The notes beneath the pieces were generated by a model. The model did not search any database, was not told the DNA's origin, and worked only from the letters and a program-made list of their open reading frames with translations. Of a stretch of DNA of 64,000 nt, positions 1 to 13,287 are shown piece after piece (position 1 is the stretch's first letter; every line of letters begins with the position of its first letter). The position numbers and the translations under genes were made by a program. This DNA is from Camelus dromedarius (taxonomy: Eukaryota), in contig NC_087436.1 in NCBI RefSeq assembly GCF_036321535.1, forward strand, positions 90,212,001-90,276,000. The letters are read 5' to 3'.

Positions 1-104
1 TCATTTACACAAATGCATTTGTATCCATTTTTAATTGTCAGACAACAAAAGCACAACTAGAGAGGTTATATAAGTACACTCATTTAGGAAGAATGCACAG
101 AGCA

Positions 105-185
105 AAAGCATTTGAGCTCTTGATAAGGCAGTCTGTGCCATGGTCATCTTTCAGTCTCCAGCAATGGGCAAAGTGTCTGTCTGAC
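105..185 (+). mobile_element. L2 3' region fragment (degraded)
   Basis: tttgagctcttgataaggcagtctgtgccatggtcatctttcagtctccagca resembles the L2 3' motif ctccttgagggcagggactgtgtc...atctttgtatccccagc. Confidence 0.4.
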
Positions 186-1464
186 AGAGTGATTTCTTAA
201 AGTGATTTTGTTCTTCTGTAGTATGATAATAACAAATGCATAGAAGAATGCCCAACTAATGCATATATGGATAAATAATAAATACAGTATCCTCCTTCCC
301 AGTATATCAAGTGAGATTCAAAGCACTTTTGCTCCAAGATATTCCATGTTGCCAACTCTATATCTAATTACATATTTTATATCACTTTGAAAAATATTGA
401 CCTGTTTCCTATTGTATTTTGAAAACAAGAAATAAGAAGATATTTAAATTTTAATGCTACATCATATTTGAATACATTTTGAAATCACTCTCAGACTTAT
501 CAAGACTGTGTCTATTTTCTTTAATAAGTTTCTAGTCTTCGCTTATGTTAAAAGCTGAAAAAAATCTGTGAAGCAAAACTGGCTTTCTCTTCAGCATTTG
601 CTGAATTATTTACATAATAGTATTCTAAACTAAGCCTTTAGAAAACAAGCAGTAAGAAAGCATACAAGATTTGTTTGGGATAATTTTAAGATTAAATCAA
701 AATTTAAAAGCAATATTGAAAAATGAAAAATAAATAGTACTTAGTGATACCAGTTCTATGGATTTTTACTAAACTTCACTTAAAACTTTTTTTCTGAGGC
801 ACATACTAATTATGTTTCTTTTCTCTCATATCTATGCTGTAGAATATTTTTGGGATATTGACCACCTTGTTTTAAGGTGAATATTCTCTTTTATTTTCAA
901 AATTTCTTATGCTGTTGCTTGTAAAGAATTACATTTTGGTTATATTAATAAGAATACAATTAGTTATAATTACAAGATTAATTAGTGATTATATTACTAC
1001 CAAATATTTTGAAATAAATATCCATATTATACTTATTAAAGTTACTAAAGAGTAAAGAAACTAATTCTAAATATTATGTAATAAACAAAAAAAAAAAACA
1101 AATAAATATTGTATTTCCAAACACTTTGTGAAATTTATTAGTGTCAGTAATCAGGTTATCCTTTGATTATAATGGTCATATAAAATGAACTTGGCATTGA
1201 AATAAGTTTTATTCATGAGGAAAGGGATGATTTCAAGTATGAGGTTCCTCCTGGTTATATACTATATGGAGCATTTCTGATACTTCTCTTTGATACAAGA
1301 AAAAGCATTTCACTGGTGTTATTTAATACTCATCCATTTTAGAATATAGCTACATAATTGTACATCATTTAGTAAATATCACCAAACGTTTAGTCTCCAG
1401 AAAATAAGGGCAATACATTGAGGAAATATGTACTAGAATTTTTTTTTACTTTTTTCTCCCCAAT

Positions 1465-1530
1465 TTTTAATTAATTAATAAATTCATTGATGTATACTTG
1501 GTTTACAATGCTGTATTAGTTTCTGGTGTA
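1465..1530 (-). mobile_element. Very short L1 3' tip
   Basis: attgatgtatacttggtttacaatgctgtattagtttctggtgta matches the reverse complement of a laurasiatherian-type L1 3' end. Confidence 0.55.
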
Positions 1531-1850
1531 TTTTTTCTAAAAATATCTGTGTTTTTGATATAATTTTATTACTTTTTTCTTTAAAAAAGTATCTCCCTCT
1601 GATCCAAAGTGAATTCCTTTATCATGTCTTGATTTTATGCCATCTTATATCTATTTTAATGAGTTATCTCCATCTTATTGGATCTTCCTTTTTCATAACC
1701 TATTTCCTTTCTGCTAAATGCCAAAATTCTAAAAATAATTAGAATTAAATAAAGGAAAGAAAATATTATTTATTTCCTATTATTCCTGAGCTAGTATTTA
1801 AACATTTTTGTTTCTTCAATTGATAAAGCCCTCATGATACTTACATATCC

Positions 1851-2273
1851 TCATTAATTTCATTTCTTTGTTTAAAATTCTTTCACAACTGTTTTTTTTT
1901 TTTTATTGAGGTGTAGTCAGTTTACAATGTTGTGTCAATTTCTGGGGTACAGCACAATGCTTCAGTCATACATGAATATCCATATATTCATTTTTATATT
2001 CTTTTTCACCATAAGTTACCACAAGATATTGAATATATTTCCCTGTGCTATACAGTATAAACTTGTTTATCTATTTTATATATACCAGTCAGTATCTGCA
2101 AATCTCGAACTCCCAGTTTATTCTTTCTCACCCCCTTCCCACCTGGCAACCACAAGTCTGTATTCTATGTTTGTGTCTGATTCCTGTTTTATATATAAGT
2201 TCATTTGTCTTTTTATTTTTTTTAGATTCCATATATAGGTGATATCATATGGTATTCATTAATTTCATTTCTT
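1851..2273 (-). mobile_element. 5'-truncated young L1 (3'UTR) with 18-bp target-site duplication
   Basis: Poly-T at 1892-1904, then attgaggtgtagtcagtttacaatgttgtgtcaatttctgg...tttagattccatatataggtgatatcatatggtat. Direct repeat TCATTAATTTCATTTCTT at 1851-1868 and 2256-2273. Confidence 0.9.
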
Positions 2274-3234
2274 AATCACTCACGTACTTCTTTCACTCTT
2301 GCAATCTGGCTTCTCCTCCCCATACTAATTAAAGTCCTTTTTCTAAAATAACTAGTTTAAATATATAATAGCAATATATAGTAAATATTTTATAAAAGCT
2401 ATAAATAGAGTTTAACCTTTAAAAATTGAAAATCACTATATTATATACCTGTAACATATAATATTATAAGTCAACTATAATTCAATAAGAATTTTTTAAA
2501 CCACATATATATAATCTTTCTACTCTTTCTGACCTTAGTATAGTGATGGTCACTTTTTAACCACATCTCTGTTGAGTTTAGCATTCAGTATTAAACTGCT
2601 CCATTATCTTTTCCAGAGTAGAGAGTGAGTGAATTGAGAGATGTGGAATATAGACAAATGAGCATCAAGCTTTATTAGTAATAAAGTTGATTCATGAAGG
2701 AGACTTTTAAGTATAGGATCACAAAGGACTTTATAATGTTACGCTCTTTAATGAAGTAGACTCCTATCTCAGTCACACTCAGTGCTTGACAATTGCAAGT
2801 CTCCCTTACCTGTGAAGAGTCTATTCCATGATTGAGGAGTAAATATCTGTGCTCTGAGGACAGTTTCATTGTGAAAAGTAGAGACATAGCCCAAGAAAGG
2901 CTGTATGTGCCTCCCACAAATAATAAGGTACAAAATTTTTTTACTTGATCTATGAGTGAAAGGTATGGAGAGAGACTAATAAACTTAGTCAAGCTCCCAA
3001 TGGGAAGGTTGAATAAATTAAAACTTGATCACTGGTGACCTTTCTCTTTTCTTGCTGTTCATGATTGTGTTCTGTCCAACATTTTTTGACTTTTGACTTT
3101 TGTTTGTGCTTTATTCATTATTTCATCATTCTTTTTTACACTTGGGTCGAATACATTTTAGAACATATCAGGCTTCTTGAGTCTCAACTTTCTCCATTTT
3201 TAGTTTCATTCAATATACAGATGAATCTATCTTC

Positions 3235-3350
3235 TTCTCTCCTTGAGGTCAAAGATCATATTGTATTTATTTTTAAGACAACTTTTTCTAAAAGCACCTA
3301 ACCCAAGACTTTACCATAATAGGTTTTCAGTATATGCTTGCTGAATTCAA
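3235..3350 (+). mobile_element. L2 3' end
   Basis: ctccttgaggtcaaagatcatattgtatttat...gcacctaac...ataataggttttcagtatatgcttgctgaat follows the L2 terminus. Confidence 0.55.
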
Positions 3351-3624
3351 CTTGTAAAAGGTCAATGTAACATAAAGTTTCACTTATGAAATTTGTGTCA
3401 AACTTTTAAGCTCAACTCCCAATGACCATCACTGCTCACTGCCCTCAGTTTTAGTTTGGACTAGGAGCCCCTCATTTATTTTTGTTTCTACAATGTCCAG
3501 TAACACAGACTGTACAACTATTCAACTGTATTCAGGAGCTAGGTAAGGTTCCATATGTGCGGTTCCATGGGTTGAGGTTCCTCAGTGGGATTCTATAGGT
3601 GGCGTTCTGGTGGGATGGAACACA

Positions 3625-3685
3625 GAATTCTTATATCTTTAGTATACTGGAGGGTTTGCTGCTCAATAAATGTTTGTTGAATTGG
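3625..3685 (+). mobile_element. L2 3' terminal fragment
   Basis: gctcaataaatgtttgttgaat is the canonical L2 terminal motif. Confidence 0.5.
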
Positions 3686-3789
3686 ATTTTAACTTTAGTG
3701 AAAGGAACGTTGATGATTAGAAAGGCCTTTGAGATTCAATAACTGTGATGGAAATGATTGATCGTAGAACAATTTGGAAGGAAAAACCA

Positions 3790-4420
3790 GGAGGTAAGTT
3801 GTCAGGATACTAAATTTGAACTTTCTATGAAAAATTGCAGTAGAAATATTGAGTAATCAGTGACCATATAAGTCCGGAATTTAGGATAGAAATCTGGGCT
3901 AGGGAAATAAATTTGGAGATAATTAATGTATGTTTGTGAGCGCACCAGGGAAACAAGTGTAGATAAAGAAGAAAAGTGACACAAGTACTACTGACCCCTG
4001 AGACACTCTAAAATTAAGATGTTCCTTGTAAGAGAGAAGAGAGGAATCAGCAGTGGAGACTGAGAAGAAGAAACCAGGGAGACTGAAAGAAAACCAAGAA
4101 CGTGAGGCATCAGGTCAAGTGAAAAGATGTTAACCAGGAATGATAATTTGTCAAATACTGTGAAAATTGAGTAAGATAAGATATGAGAATTGACAATTGG
4201 GTTTATCTACAGTGGACTTCTTTGGTGACCTTGACAAGATCTGATTATAATATGTTGAAGAATGAATAAGACAAGAAGAGTTATAGACCTTAAATATGCT
4301 ACACCCTTTTGAGGGGCTTTGGTGCAAAGCGTAGCTGGTCAGGATAACACGGTCTGGAAAAAAAGTCTGCATTTATTTTAAGTTGGAAGAAACTATCCCA
4401 TGTTTATATATTGCTTGGAA
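3790..4420 (-). mobile_element. L2 internal fragment
   Basis: Purine-rich antisense L2 motifs: tctgggctagggaaataaatttggag, cagcagtggagactgagaagaag, ttggtgaccttgacaaga. Confidence 0.75.
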
Positions 4421-4589
4421 TGATCAAGTACAAAGCCCCCCCCAACCCCCCCACCTCCACAATGTACAAGAGGAAGGAAGAAATCTTGAAGCAGTGTCTT
4501 TAAGAAGGCAACAGGAGGATTAAAGTGATGTGTTCTAATTTGCATTGAAGGATGAAATCTCCATTACTCAAACTGAAGAACAGGCTTCA

Positions 4590-4722
4590 GATTAGTGCAA
4601 GCCCAACATCAATGAGGTAGAAAAATGTACGCGGCCCACTTTTATGGAAAGTGATGCAAAGTCACATTCCTAATAATTCTATAACAAGGAGGAAGAGAAG
4701 AATAATAGTATAATCTATTACA
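4590..4722 (-). mobile_element. Old MaLR LTR fragment (MLT1J/K-like)
   Basis: caagcccaacatcaatgaggtag...tgcaaagtcacatt...aatctattaca resembles the MLT1J/K end. Confidence 0.5.
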
Positions 4723-5604
4723 TCAGGTTAACTCCTTTTGCCAACTTGTTCCATTCCCTAATTGTCTTTAGTTGTCTAAAGAGACAACTAGTCTATGGGA
4801 TTTAGAATAAACAAATAAACAAACAAAATCAAATCAAATCAAAACCATTTAATCCCTTTAGTTATCTTTCATTAAGGGACTTCTTGTTTAAGTATATAGG
4901 TATTTTGATAATCATTTATTTTATCACCCTTATACTTTTTAACATAATTTTAGATTTTTTGTAAATGTATCTGTGATTTAAATCATAACTTTCAGTTTCA
5001 TTTTCATAGATTTCATCCACTTTATTATTCTCAGAGGCTGTGTCTTTATGATGCATTCAAGAAGACATTGTGAATGCCATATATATTATAATATAAAAAT
5101 CTCAGACGAAAAGCTTAGAAGACTATTCCTAACTCCATAAAATATTTCTTAGTCATGAAAAAGATACTTAATTTTTTGTGTTCAGCTTTTCTTCATGTAA
5201 TGGATTACTCACTTCCTTTCTTACCGTATAATAGTTTTATTTTTAATTTAAACCAAATTTTATAAAGAAATAATTGCAAGTTTTTTCTTTTAGTATCTAC
5301 TTATTGAACATCAGTATGAATAGTACTGCTCCCATTAGGGGAAGAATGGAATAAAGAAGCTGAACTTTAACCTCATGAGTTTATATTTTCGTTATGTAAA
5401 AAGAGAAAACACAAAATATTAAGGGAACAACATAATGCTATATACAAGGAAGTACCAAAGTAGATGGTACACATAACAGGTAATATATTGTAGAGAGAAA
5501 TATGAGGGCTGAAATTATCAGAGACGTTTTTATAAATGATCTGGAAATAGTGTGAAGTTTCAAAAAACTGAGTACTTATTTGGTATTAGTTCCCTTTAAA
5601 TATT

Positions 5605-5870
5605 GGGGCTAAATAAAAGAAAACTTCTGTCCTTAAGAAGCTTTCATCTGGTGCAGGAGAGGAACAAACACCGACAGTTGTAAGAGAATATTTTAAATGT
5701 ATGATAAAATTATGATCAGTGATATACCCCAAATCAGGGTGGGGTAATGAGGTGGGTGTGAGTCAGAAGGGTAGACTGAAGGCTTCCAGGATATACAGCA
5801 GTGCCTAAGTGGTAGCTACAAGTCTGTTTCCTTCAGTCTCCCAAGAGGAATAGGAGTTAAGCAGCTAAGA
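5605..5870 (-). mobile_element. L2 fragment (near 3' end)
   Basis: ctgtccttaagaagctttcatctggtgcaggaga and gaaggcttcc motifs. Confidence 0.45.
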
Positions 5871-5928
5871 AATCTGTCACTAATTAATTTTTTAAAAAAT
5901 CAGTAAAATGACACTTGAGTAAACAGGA

Positions 5929-6050
5929 TCTCTCTCTCTCTCTCTTTCTCTCTCTATATATACACACACATATATATACACATATACATACAGTACCTAC
6001 ACACATATATGTATATACACATATACAATCATATATATACATATATGTGT
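5929..6050. repeat. Compound microsatellite (TC)n(TA)n(CA)n
   Basis: Directly visible. It explains ORF 5884-6126. Confidence 0.95.
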
Positions 6051-7659
6051 AAATCATATCTACATCTATATCAGTATCTGGACACATACAGATATTTTTC
6101 CTTAGAGTGTATACAAACATTTTCAAGGGTTCTATGGGAAACCAAACTGTAGAGAATTTAGAACTTCATGTGTAGGAATAGAAGGTTAATCTTCCCATTG
6201 CTCCCTCTTTAATAAATCTATGCCAGGTGTATCCCAACAAGACTTGAAAATTTAAAAAAAAAAATTGAAAATAGCTTCTATTGAAATACACTCCTCAGAG
6301 TGTTAGGCTAGCAATAGTTAAATGTTTACATTAGTATCTAGAAGCTATAATTAGGATAATCAATAGGCTAAAATCATCTATATGGATGAATATTTAAGTA
6401 AATAATGAATTAAAGTAGCCAAAAGAATTAGAAATTTCTCAATCAATTTTCCTTGTTTTATTGTTGCTTTTAAGTCTCAGTTTTGCTGTGGAACTGATTC
6501 AACACCCAATGAATAAACAGAGCCAATATTTGATTAAATTACATGGAGAAATAAAAGGTTCCTTGACAAGTGTATAGAATGTATTCTAAATGTGTGCTTT
6601 AGTTGCATATTTCATATCAATAACAACTACTCAATTGGACCAAATTCTAAGTATATTCACAGCTTCTTAAACAGTAAAGTGATGCAATCAGTTAATGATG
6701 TTAAATCTGAGTAGAAGCAAGGAAAAATAACACTGTTGGTTAAACAAGCTATCGGCAAAATCCATTTAATCATATTTTAAGTCTTCACAGGAACACTGAA
6801 TTATGAGAAAACTACGTGAACTTTTTGAGTTATTTACTAAAATAAACCTGCATATGCATTTTTCTTTCATATAAAAACCTTAATATATATTTAAAAAATG
6901 GGTACAGGCTGCAGTTACTGTGACAATGAGAATCACAGATCTGTTAAAGACTTTCAACTGAAAGTCAATTTCTAGCACCTAAATCTTTTACTTCTATCTT
7001 TGCCTCTTTATCAAGGATTCAAAATAATTTTTTGTAATGGCTTTCTGAAATGACACAGAAAACATGAGTTGTTGCCAATTTAAATTATTAATTTTCCATA
7101 GTAGTCACTGATACAGTCCTTTTTTTCCCCTATAAGTAGCTAAGTGTTTAAACTCAATATAGTATTGGCTTAAAACTTAAATTCTGATAAGTAGGTTCTT
7201 CTCTAAGATAATGGAAAAAGAAGCTCAGAGGGCATGATCTCTTCTGATTAAATTTAGGCATATTTTTCTACCTTTTTTTAAGATAGAATTTATGCTTTGG
7301 AGTAGTTCAATGATTTCTCTTTAAGTGTTGATTTTAGTTTCTTAGAGTTCTTTTTAAAATCCCCTCCAGCTTGTCCTACAATATCTTAATTATTGCCTTT
7401 CGAAATTTCCCTGTCAAACATGGTGGTAGGTCTATCTGGTCATGAAGAACATCTATTTATATGCATTCTATTCTCCAACTCATTCTTAAGTCAAACATAA
7501 AGGATATCAAAAATAAGTATTTTTACTAGGTTTGCATTTTATTGTGAGTAAATATACACACCTACCCACATCTTACTCTGATAGAAAGGGTTGCGTTGTT
7601 CTTCTGGATAGGAATTTATCTGTGTTCCAGTCCAGTGAGGTAAAACATAATTCTCCCAC

Positions 7660-7995
7660 TAATTCAAACTTATAAATTTTCTTCTTTCTCACTTTCATCC
7701 AAAAATACAGTTACCAGGTCTGCTTTACATGCATTCCAATTGTATTCCATCATATTTCTACTAGCCTAGTTCAAGTCTATCAGTGGAAGCCTGGATCACA
7801 TCAGATCTATGTTCTGCCCTCTTGCTTTCATTCTTGCTGCCTCCAATCCATCTTGAACAGTCCTGCCAGGTTAATATTTATGTGATATCACGTTTTCATG
7901 TTTATTATGTCATCCTCCTGCCCAGAACACTTAAAAAGTATCTCACATTATACAGGATACTTTCCAATTCCCTTAATATGTCACTCAAAGTTGAT
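7660..7995 (+). mobile_element. L2 internal fragment
   Basis: ctagttcaagtc...gcctggatcac...ctccaatccatct...gccaggttaatatt...atgtcatcctcctgc. Confidence 0.6.
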
Positions 7996-8899
7996 AGTTT
8001 TATATGCCCATTCTAGTCTACATTGTTCACCCAAGTGAATTACTACAGTATTTACCTGTGCCATTTGGAAAGTATGTGTCATTTGGAAAATCAAATTTAA
8101 AAATTGAAATAATACTGAAAAGCTGAAGGATTTAAATATTGCAGCCCAGGACCAGGTTTTGTTACTAAACAGCTTCTTAATTACTTCTTTGCTTAGTAAA
8201 TAAATAATCAAAAAATAAATCAATATAGCATCAGATTTTTCCTATATTAACATCTATTTTGCTTGGTGACATCAATAATTTTTCACCTCCAGTATATTCC
8301 TATTTTTTGGAAATAAAGCTATCTGGTAATTGTGGGAAAAGAAAATGCTCAGGTTTGGTGGTCTTTGGGTCACACAAATGTTAAAAATATTTAAAGTATC
8401 AAAAAAAAATGAACAAAGAGATGTTGACTACTAGACATAATAAATATTCCCATGAAACTTTAGGATGATGTTTTTGTTTTCCTTTTACTTTCCACAGCTT
8501 GGTAAGTCAACATTTTCCCAAATGCCATAATTCAGTTTTAGGATTTGTAAAAATAATAAATATACAAGCATTCATTATATTCATTATTTTCTTATAAATA
8601 TTAAAAGTTTAGATTTTTCTTTAAAGTTTTATTTCTAGTAGGTTTGACATGGTCAAAATCCATTATTGTGGCTTTTTTTTTTAATTTTAGGAAGTAATTT
8701 TGATATATTTAATGTCATCAACCTTTATTAATTTAGCCTTTGAAATCCTGCCTTACAAAAATATGTGTTGTTTTTCTCTAAAACTGAGACTATGTTGATT
8801 TATTGTAAAATATATTTTAGAAATAAATGCCATATAGTCATATAGAATTATTCAATCTAGATTGCATTGTTCACTAGCTGTACTAGTATTTGGTATTTT

Positions 8900-9020
8900 A
8901 GAACTGTATTTTCCTTATGTGTAGAAGGAAGATAATAATCTGCTTTGAATATTGAATAAGACAACACAAATGCATTGTTTAAGAGACCTTATTACACAGT
9001 AAATGTTCAGTAAATGTTTT
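8900..9020 (+). mobile_element. MIR core/3' fragment
   Basis: ctgtattttccttatgtgtagaaggaagataataat...acacagtaaatgttcagtaaatgtt. Confidence 0.5.
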
Positions 9021-9089
9021 CTTTCTTTCAAATCATGCTGTAATTACATTCATAATAAGCTGCAATTACTGGCATTGCCTAGTGTAGCT

Positions 9090-12010
9090 TTTAACAACAA
9101 CAGCAACAAAAAAATTCAAGGTATGATTAAAAAATGTAAAAAAATACAGTCTGAAGATACAAAACAGAGTCAGAAATAACAGAGATTTTGGAATTATCAG
9201 AAAATTTAAAATAAATAGAATTAATATGTTTGGAGCTCTAAGCAAAAAAGTAGACAGTGTACAAGAATAGGTGAGTAGTGTAAACAAAGAGATGGGCACT
9301 CCAAGAAAATGCCAGAAATCAAAAGCACTGTAACAGATATGAAAAGTGCCTTTGATAGGCTTATTAGAAAACTAAATACAACTGAGAAAGAAGTCAGGGA
9401 ATATGAAGATATGTCACTATAAACTTCCCAAACTGAAATTTGACAAAAATAAAAATTAACGAAAAAAACCCAGAATATTCAAAAATGTGCTGTGGTACAA
9501 CTTTAAAAGATGCAACAGACATTCAGTTGCAATAGCAGAGAAGAACAGACAGAGAATAGAAAAGAAATATTTGATATAGTCATACCTGAGAATGTTCCAA
9601 TATTAACAAACAACAAAGCACTGTTCCAGGAAGCTCAGAGAACACCAATGGAATAAAGACCAAAAAATCTATACCTAGCATATCATACCCAAACTGCAGT
9701 AAAAAAAAAGAAAGAGAAACTACTAAAAGAAGTCAGAAGAAAAATACAACTTAGCTAGAGGGGAACAAAGACATGAATTGTAGCAGATTTCTCATCAGAA
9801 ACTTTGAGAGCAAGAAAAGAATAGAGTAAAATGCTGAAAATAATGGGGAAAAAAACTACCAAACAGTTTTCTACCCTCAATGATATTATTCTTCAAAAAA
9901 TGAAGAAGAAATAAAGAATTTCTCAGACAAATAAATACTGAGGGAAGTAATGACCAGTAGACACAATTAGCAGCAAGAAATTTTAAAAGAAGTTCTTTGG
10001 GAAAGAAGAAAATAGATACAGATCAGAAACTTGATAAATAAATCTGAGCAAAGAAAAGAGGAACACTAGAGAAAGAATAAATGAAAGTAAACTATAATTT
10101 TTTATTTTTAAATGATCCAATAGATAACTTTTTACAGTAATAATAGTAACAATGTATTGAGTGATTATAGGATATACATAAGCTAAATGAAAGATACCTA
10201 TTTCACAAAGGACAGGAAGGGGAAATTGGAATTAATCGGATATATGGTGTTTGCATTATCCATGAAGCTATATAGTTTTATTTGAAATTGGACTTGGATT
10301 AGTCTGTTTATTGCAAACTCTAGGGCAATCACTAAAAAAAACTTTTAAAAGAAGTATAATTTACATTCTTAGAAGAGAGAAAATGGAATAACGTAAAATG
10401 ATCAAGTAATCAGAGAAGAGAGAAAAAGGGAAGGAAATAAAAGAAACAAATTATAAGTGTGAGGAATAGAAAAGCTACAAATATGGTAAATATTAACTTA
10501 ACCATATCAATAATAACTTTAAATGTGAATGGTCTAAGTACACCCATTAAAAAACAAAGACTGCCAGAGTATTTTAAAAAATGAACTATACATGATTTTT
10601 AAGAAACCCACTCTAAATATGAAGGCACATTATCAGTTAAAAGATAAGGGATGGAGAAAGACATAACGATGCTAAAATGAATCAAAAGAAAGCTGGACTA
10701 TCTTTATTAATTTCAATTAAGGCAGATTTCAGAACAAGGAAACATCATAGAGAGGAATATCACGACGACAAAATAATCAATTCTCTAAACCACGTAACAA
10801 CTTTAACATGTATATATCTAACCACAGAACATCAAAATATGTGAGAAAATGATAGAACAGCAAAGAGAAATAGAAAAATTATGCTAGTATACTTGGAGAT
10901 TTCAACATCTCTCTTTCAGTAATTGATAAATAAATCCTGCTAAAAATTAATAAGGGTATGGTTGACTTGAACAGTATCATCAGGCAGCTGGATGTAACTG
11001 ACATTTAAAGAATACTCAACGACAGCAAAATACATATTCTTCTCAAGTTCACACGGAACATTTACCAAGACACTCGATATCAGAGCTATAAAATACACTA
11101 AAAAATGTAAAAGAACAGATCGTACAAAGAATGCTGTCAGACCTCAGTGGAATTAAACTGGAAATCAATAACAGAAATATAGCTAGAAAAAAAACCCCAA
11201 AATATTTTGAAAATTAAACAACACACTTCTTAATCACATGTGGCTCAAAGAAGAAATCTTAAGAGAAATTATTAAAATACATTGAACACAATGAAGGTAT
11301 TTTCAAGTCAAATTTTGGATCAGCAAAAGTATTGCTTAGAGGGAAATTAATACCATTAAATGCATATACTAGAAATGAATAAAAATCTAAAATCACTCAT
11401 TTAAGCTGTTAGGAAACTAGGGAAAGGAGTCCAATTTAAGCTTAGAACAAACAGAAGAAATAATAAAAAATAAAGCAGAAATCAGTATAATTAAAGTAGG
11501 AAGGCAATTAAATTGAAAACAGGAAAATTGAAAAAAATCAGTAAAAATATCTGAAGAGACACCTCAATAATTAAGATACACAGATGGCAAATGTGCATAT
11601 GTAAAGATGCTCAATATGTTGACAAGGATGTGGAACAACAGGGACTCTAATTCACTCCCGGTGGGAATGCAAAATGATACAGTCACTTTGGAAGAAAATT
11701 TGGCACTTTTTCTACAAAGCTAGACACATTCTTAGCATATGATACAAACATTGCTCTCCTAGATATTTATCCAAATGAGCTGAAAATTGGTGTCCACAAG
11801 AAAAAGCCTACTTGTGAATGCGTATAGCAGTTTTACCCATAATACTCAGGATATAACCAAGATATTGCTCAATAAGTGAATGGATAAATCAAATCCATCA
11901 AATGAATACCATTCAGTGATAAAACAAAAATAAGCTATTAGGCCACAAAAAGACATGGAGGAATCTTTAACGCATATCACTTAGCAAAAGAAGCCAATCT
12001 GAAACAACTA
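9090..12010 (+). mobile_element. Old L1 (L1MC/L1MD-like): ORF1, inter-ORF, ORF2 endonuclease, then ORF2 C-terminus and start of 3'UTR; internally deleted and frameshifted
   Basis: ORF1 motifs (gaaatcaaaagcactgtaacagatatgaa, gcagatttctcatcagaaac). ORF2 start near 10505 (ISIITLNVNGL...PIK), EN motif ggagatttcaac (GDFN) near 10895. C-terminal motifs gatacacagatggcaaat and ggtgggaatgcaaaatg. Confidence 0.92.
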
Positions 12011-12842
12011 CCGCCCTAAGTAGTCTAGTCTAGGAATATAGTGAACAAATGTGGTTAATGTTGCAATTGAACTTATACTTTTCTGAATTCCGCAACTGTA
12101 GTTTTTAATCTACCACATTGCTATATACAGAAGAGGGGCTTATATTTGCTATGAACATATGAACATTTTCCCAAAATGTATAGAACTTGAAAATCTGTTC
12201 CTACAGGGTCACCTCACACATCTGTAAGGAGACCTCTGAGACCTCTGAGTGCTGATATGGCCTTAGTACTTGGCTAGCTTCCACTCTATCTCCTTGAAGG
12301 ACCAAGGGAGATGCTAGTTAACTATTTCTATTCACTTATTCCTTATCCCTATGCACCTTTTGCATCATTTATTCTTCATTGATATTAAGTAAAAGAGAAA
12401 CTCACTTGAGCAGGGTCTGGCAAATTGCCACTGAAAATTGTGAAAAATGTAATCAATATGTATTAGATTGGTCTGGATTAAATTGAATCATTTTAAATGA
12501 AAGACTGAAATAGGCCCTGGGGAACTATAGACCAGTATGCTTCATGTCCTTAAATGACAGGCTGTAGAATGCATAATAAGACTTAGATCTGTGTCCACCT
12601 CAGTAAGCTTCCTACTTGAAGAACTGCAAACTGCTTCTATAAAGGAAATCATGCTTGTCTAATCTACCAGTACCATTTAAGGACATAAATAAATGCAGAT
12701 ATGCTTAGATCATAACATTTCCTTGGCCATTTTCTATGAAAAGACAATTTCTACATGCATAGATACAGAATTGAGCATTATGTTTTGCTACAAGGATCTC
12801 TCTAAAGAGTGCAAAACAGAAAAGATAGTATCAACTTTTGTT

Positions 12843-13157
12843 AGAGCAGTCCTATATAATGTAAGCCAAGTAAGTCCTTTTTGAATTTTTAGTAACTATG
12901 CTTAAACAAAAGGATAGAAAATCAGATGAACCTATTTTAATTACATTTACATACCAGTCGTTATATTCAAAACTTTATATGAAATACCAATATATAATGT
13001 ATGAATGAGACAGTTATTTTTTTGTACCAAGCATTTGAAACCTGGTGTTTTTGTTGTCTTTTGTTTTCCTTTTTACAGCACATCTCAATTTACACAAGCC
13101 ATATTTTATATGCTGATGAGCCACACGGCTAGTGGCTACTGTATTAGACAGTGCAAT
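12843..13157. mobile_element. MER33-like hAT-Charlie non-autonomous DNA transposon
   Basis: acagcacatctcaattt...agccacacggctagtggctactgtattagacagtgca terminus, with a degraded opposite end (tataatgtaagcca). Confidence 0.8.
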
Positions 13158-13287
13158 ATGTCAAAGAAAGAAAAAAACAACTGCTTTTAATGATACCCAC
13201 TGGTTTCTCAGATACCTGTGGTAACACAATGCATGTGTATCATTTGAGAACATATAAAAAGATGTAATTAACATTAAGTGAGGTGCT

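Noticed and set aside
1906..2238. 110-aa hydrophobic ORF
   Set aside because: It is an antisense reading of a T-rich L1 3'UTR.
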